Shown here one piece after another: positions 62,096-64,000 of a stretch of DNA of 64,000 nucleotides; the first letter of the stretch is position 1, and each line of letters begins with the position of its first letter. Source of the DNA: Gammaproteobacteria bacterium (GTDB lineage Bacteria > Pseudomonadota > Gammaproteobacteria > Eutrophobiales > Eutrophobiaceae). The position numbers and the translations under genes are program-made. The notes beneath the pieces are model-generated. The model was not told where the DNA came from, did no database searches, and saw only the letters and a program-made list of their open reading frames with translations. Where the stretch lies: assembly GCA_965238225.1 (NCBI GenBank), contig OZ250183.1:32001-96000 (forward strand), written 5' to 3'.

Positions 62096-62863
62096 TCAGG
62101 GCAATATTTCAGACTTAACAACTAAAGTTCTCAATGCATATGGGGAAATCCACATCAACATATCATCAAATTCAGAACCGTCTTTCTGACTATAATCCTT
62201 ATCTACAAAAACAGCATCATCATCAGTGTTTGCTCGTTCGTCTGCTGAGGCAGGATCATTCGCCAAGTTTTTTCCATGGGAAACGACAATGGCGGGGATG
62301 TCTCCTGCGACCTTTCCCCCATCGGCATCAACAACTTCGATATCTCCCTCAGAACAAAGAGAGAATGAAACACCCTCGGTGACAGGTGTACAGCCCGTGC
62401 CCGTACCATTCAGACCACCCGGGTCATCGGCAAAATCACCCGTAACACCATAGGTAAATTTATTGCCCCAATCATCAGTCCCTTTAATGCCCAAATCCGC
62501 CCAAGGTAAATTACCAAATTCAACAAAACAGTCCGTATCAGTATCCTCTGGCGGTTCGCTCGCTGGCTCGCGATCTTCCTCGCCATCATCAGCAGTAAAT
62601 GGCGCGCAAACATCATCATCATCATCATGATCTGGATCCCTACAATCTGGACAAGGAAGACGTTTATTTTGCAATACGAACCCATAAATCACTTCTTTTA
62701 TTTCGTCGAGCTGAACTTGCGTATTATTGCGCTGCCGTTGTTCCACCCGCGCAGCTAAGGGTGCAAGAAAGCTTGACAACAAAAGGCTCAAAATAAGAAG
62801 CACCATGGCAAGTTCTATCAGAGTAAAACCTTGTTGTATGGGATGTCGTGTAAAATATTTCAT
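62096..62863 (-). CDS. Type IV prepilin/pseudopilin (minor), acidic
   Basis: QQG|FTLIELAMVLLIL, RLPCP, GNLPW..LG...DDWG, VSHGKN, FDDMLMWIS. Confidence 0.9.
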   Translation of the reverse strand: MKYFTRHPIQQGFTLIELAMVLLILSLLLSSFLAPLAARVEQRQRNNTQVQLDEIKEVIYGFVLQNKRLPCPDCRDPDHDDDDDVCAPFTADDGEEDREPASEPPEDTDTDCFVEFGNLPWADLGIKGTDDWGNKFTYGVTGDFADDPGGLNGTGTGCTPVTEGVSFSLCSEGDIEVVDADGGKVAGDIPAIVVSHGKNLANDPASADERANTDDDAVFVDKDYSQKDGSEFDDMLMWISPYALRTLVVKSEILP

Positions 62864-62888
62864 TGTATATATATTATTGGCATATATA

Positions 62889-64000
62889 TTATGGTGATGT
62901 CGAAATAATTTTTATTTGATCATTATAAGTATCTGTAATTCTGTTTTTAACAAAATTATTATCCGAAACGGCATTTTCGCCCTCAAAATAATTGGCTAAA
63001 AGTGATGAAGTCCTGTCCTGTGCAGGTTCAATTGCAGTTAATGCTTCTCCTGCAGAAAGCGCAATAGCGCGAACGTTATCATCACCATTAACTGTGAGGC
63101 AAGTTGTCCCTGCTGTGCATGAAGCAGCACCTGGAAAAGTACCGCTAGTTTCATAGGCAATATAAATCAAATGATTCCAGTTATTCCTAGAAAACCATGA
63201 AAACCATTCAGGTAATTCACCGGTATTCACATCGCTATCACTGTCTGTATCGCTAGGAATATGACCTTGCCTTACGTCAGTTTGACCTATGAATTCAGAA
63301 GATGAAGGGCTAAAAGAGGATAACCATGGAAATACACCATTCTCAGTTTGGTATTCTAACAATGCTTGCCTGACTGAACCGAGCACACGTTTTTCAACCG
63401 CCTGCATCAATTCATCTTTGCTTAATAAAATATATCTATCTGTATCTGCTGTAGTAATACTGTCGTCGATTCCATCACCATCACTGTCAGAAAATTCAAC
63501 TTCTATGTAGTTTGTAAAATCAGTTCTATCTGCATCGCTTGCTCTATTTTGATTACCCAGAGGGGCGCCTGCGGCAAAGATGACTGCAGCAATATTATTG
63601 TAACCGTTTACTGTCAAATTACCGTTCGTAGCGGAAGCAGTTTCACTGTTAAGTGGTGGGTCTATTTGGGGATTATTTCTGAAATTATCTGACACTACAT
63701 ACCACAATCTTTGGTCATGATTATCTCTTAGATCCTCAGTTTTCAATGTTTTATGAGGGAATCTACCAATAGAGGTTTTTCTATTCAAAGAGCAAGAACC
63801 GCCGGCTGTGCCATTATTATTTGTATCCGGGCATGGCAAATATCCTGGCCCATCAATAGGATCGTCACCGGAGCTTGCATCAATTTCCGGAAACAGTATC
63901 GCATAACCAATCAAAGCTTCTCTAGCGGTCGCCAAGGCAATGCTCGTCTGTTTATGTCCCTGGGTTCTAAGCAGATTGGTATTTAATCTTTTAGTAAGGA
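62889..64000 (-). CDS. PilX-like minor pilin/assembly protein (5'-truncated by window edge)
   Basis: Frame open to the window end (LTKRLNTN...ALATAREALIGYA), GYLPCPD, GRFP, LWYVVS, WFSRNNW. Confidence 0.7.
   Translation of the reverse strand, partial: LTKRLNTNLLRTQGHKQTSIALATAREALIGYAILFPEIDASSGDDPIDGPGYLPCPDTNNNGTAGGSCSLNRKTSIGRFPHKTLKTEDLRDNHDQRLWYVVSDNFRNNPQIDPPLNSETASATNGNLTVNGYNNIAAVIFAAGAPLGNQNRASDADRTDFTNYIEVEFSDSDGDGIDDSITTADTDRYILLSKDELMQAVEKRVLGSVRQALLEYQTENGVFPWLSSFSPSSSEFIGQTDVRQGHIPSDTDSDSDVNTGELPEWFSWFSRNNWNHLIYIAYETSGTFPGAASCTAGTTCLTVNGDDNVRAIALSAGEALTAIEPAQDRTSSLLANYFEGENAVSDNNFVKNRITDTYNDQIKIISTSP

Noticed and set aside
62599-62796. ORF with a natural His7 tract (MARKHHHHHHH)
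   Set aside because: It is the antisense reading of the poly-Asp codons of the minor pilin.

Overview
AT-rich chromosomal window of a probably marine gammaproteobacterium (inferred from gene content and synteny). Most of it is housekeeping: thiS-thiG-trmB, prlC, xth, rpmE, engB-cytochrome c4-dsbA, uvrD, pmbA, ychF-pth-rplY-prs-tRNA-Gln-ispE-lolB-TPR / hemA-prfA-prmC-moeB, tRNA-Phe-yggX-mutY, argH-algZ-algR and gshA. The less ordinary parts are: (1) a Fur-boxed porin / FMN-binding / PepSY operon; (2) a non-coding DnaA-box + Fis + IHF element with DARS-like architecture between rpmE and engB; (3) an island behind a decayed tRNA-Arg carrying two repeat-shuffled Sel1 genes and an orphan pol-beta nucleotidyltransferase; (4) a PLD-SF2 helicase + type IIG-like methyltransferase defence pair whose specificity domain is riddled with indels; (5) broken accessory genes behind tRNA-Gln and tRNA-Phe and beside mutY; (6) at the right end, an uncharacterised type IV filament locus with a sigma54/IHF-driven large pilin, a PilGHI-like ABC module and an orphan histidine kinase. 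I found no CRISPR array, transposase or integrase. Several single-base frameshifts sit in A-homopolymers and may be sequencing errors. All calls come from reading motifs by eye; no searches were run.
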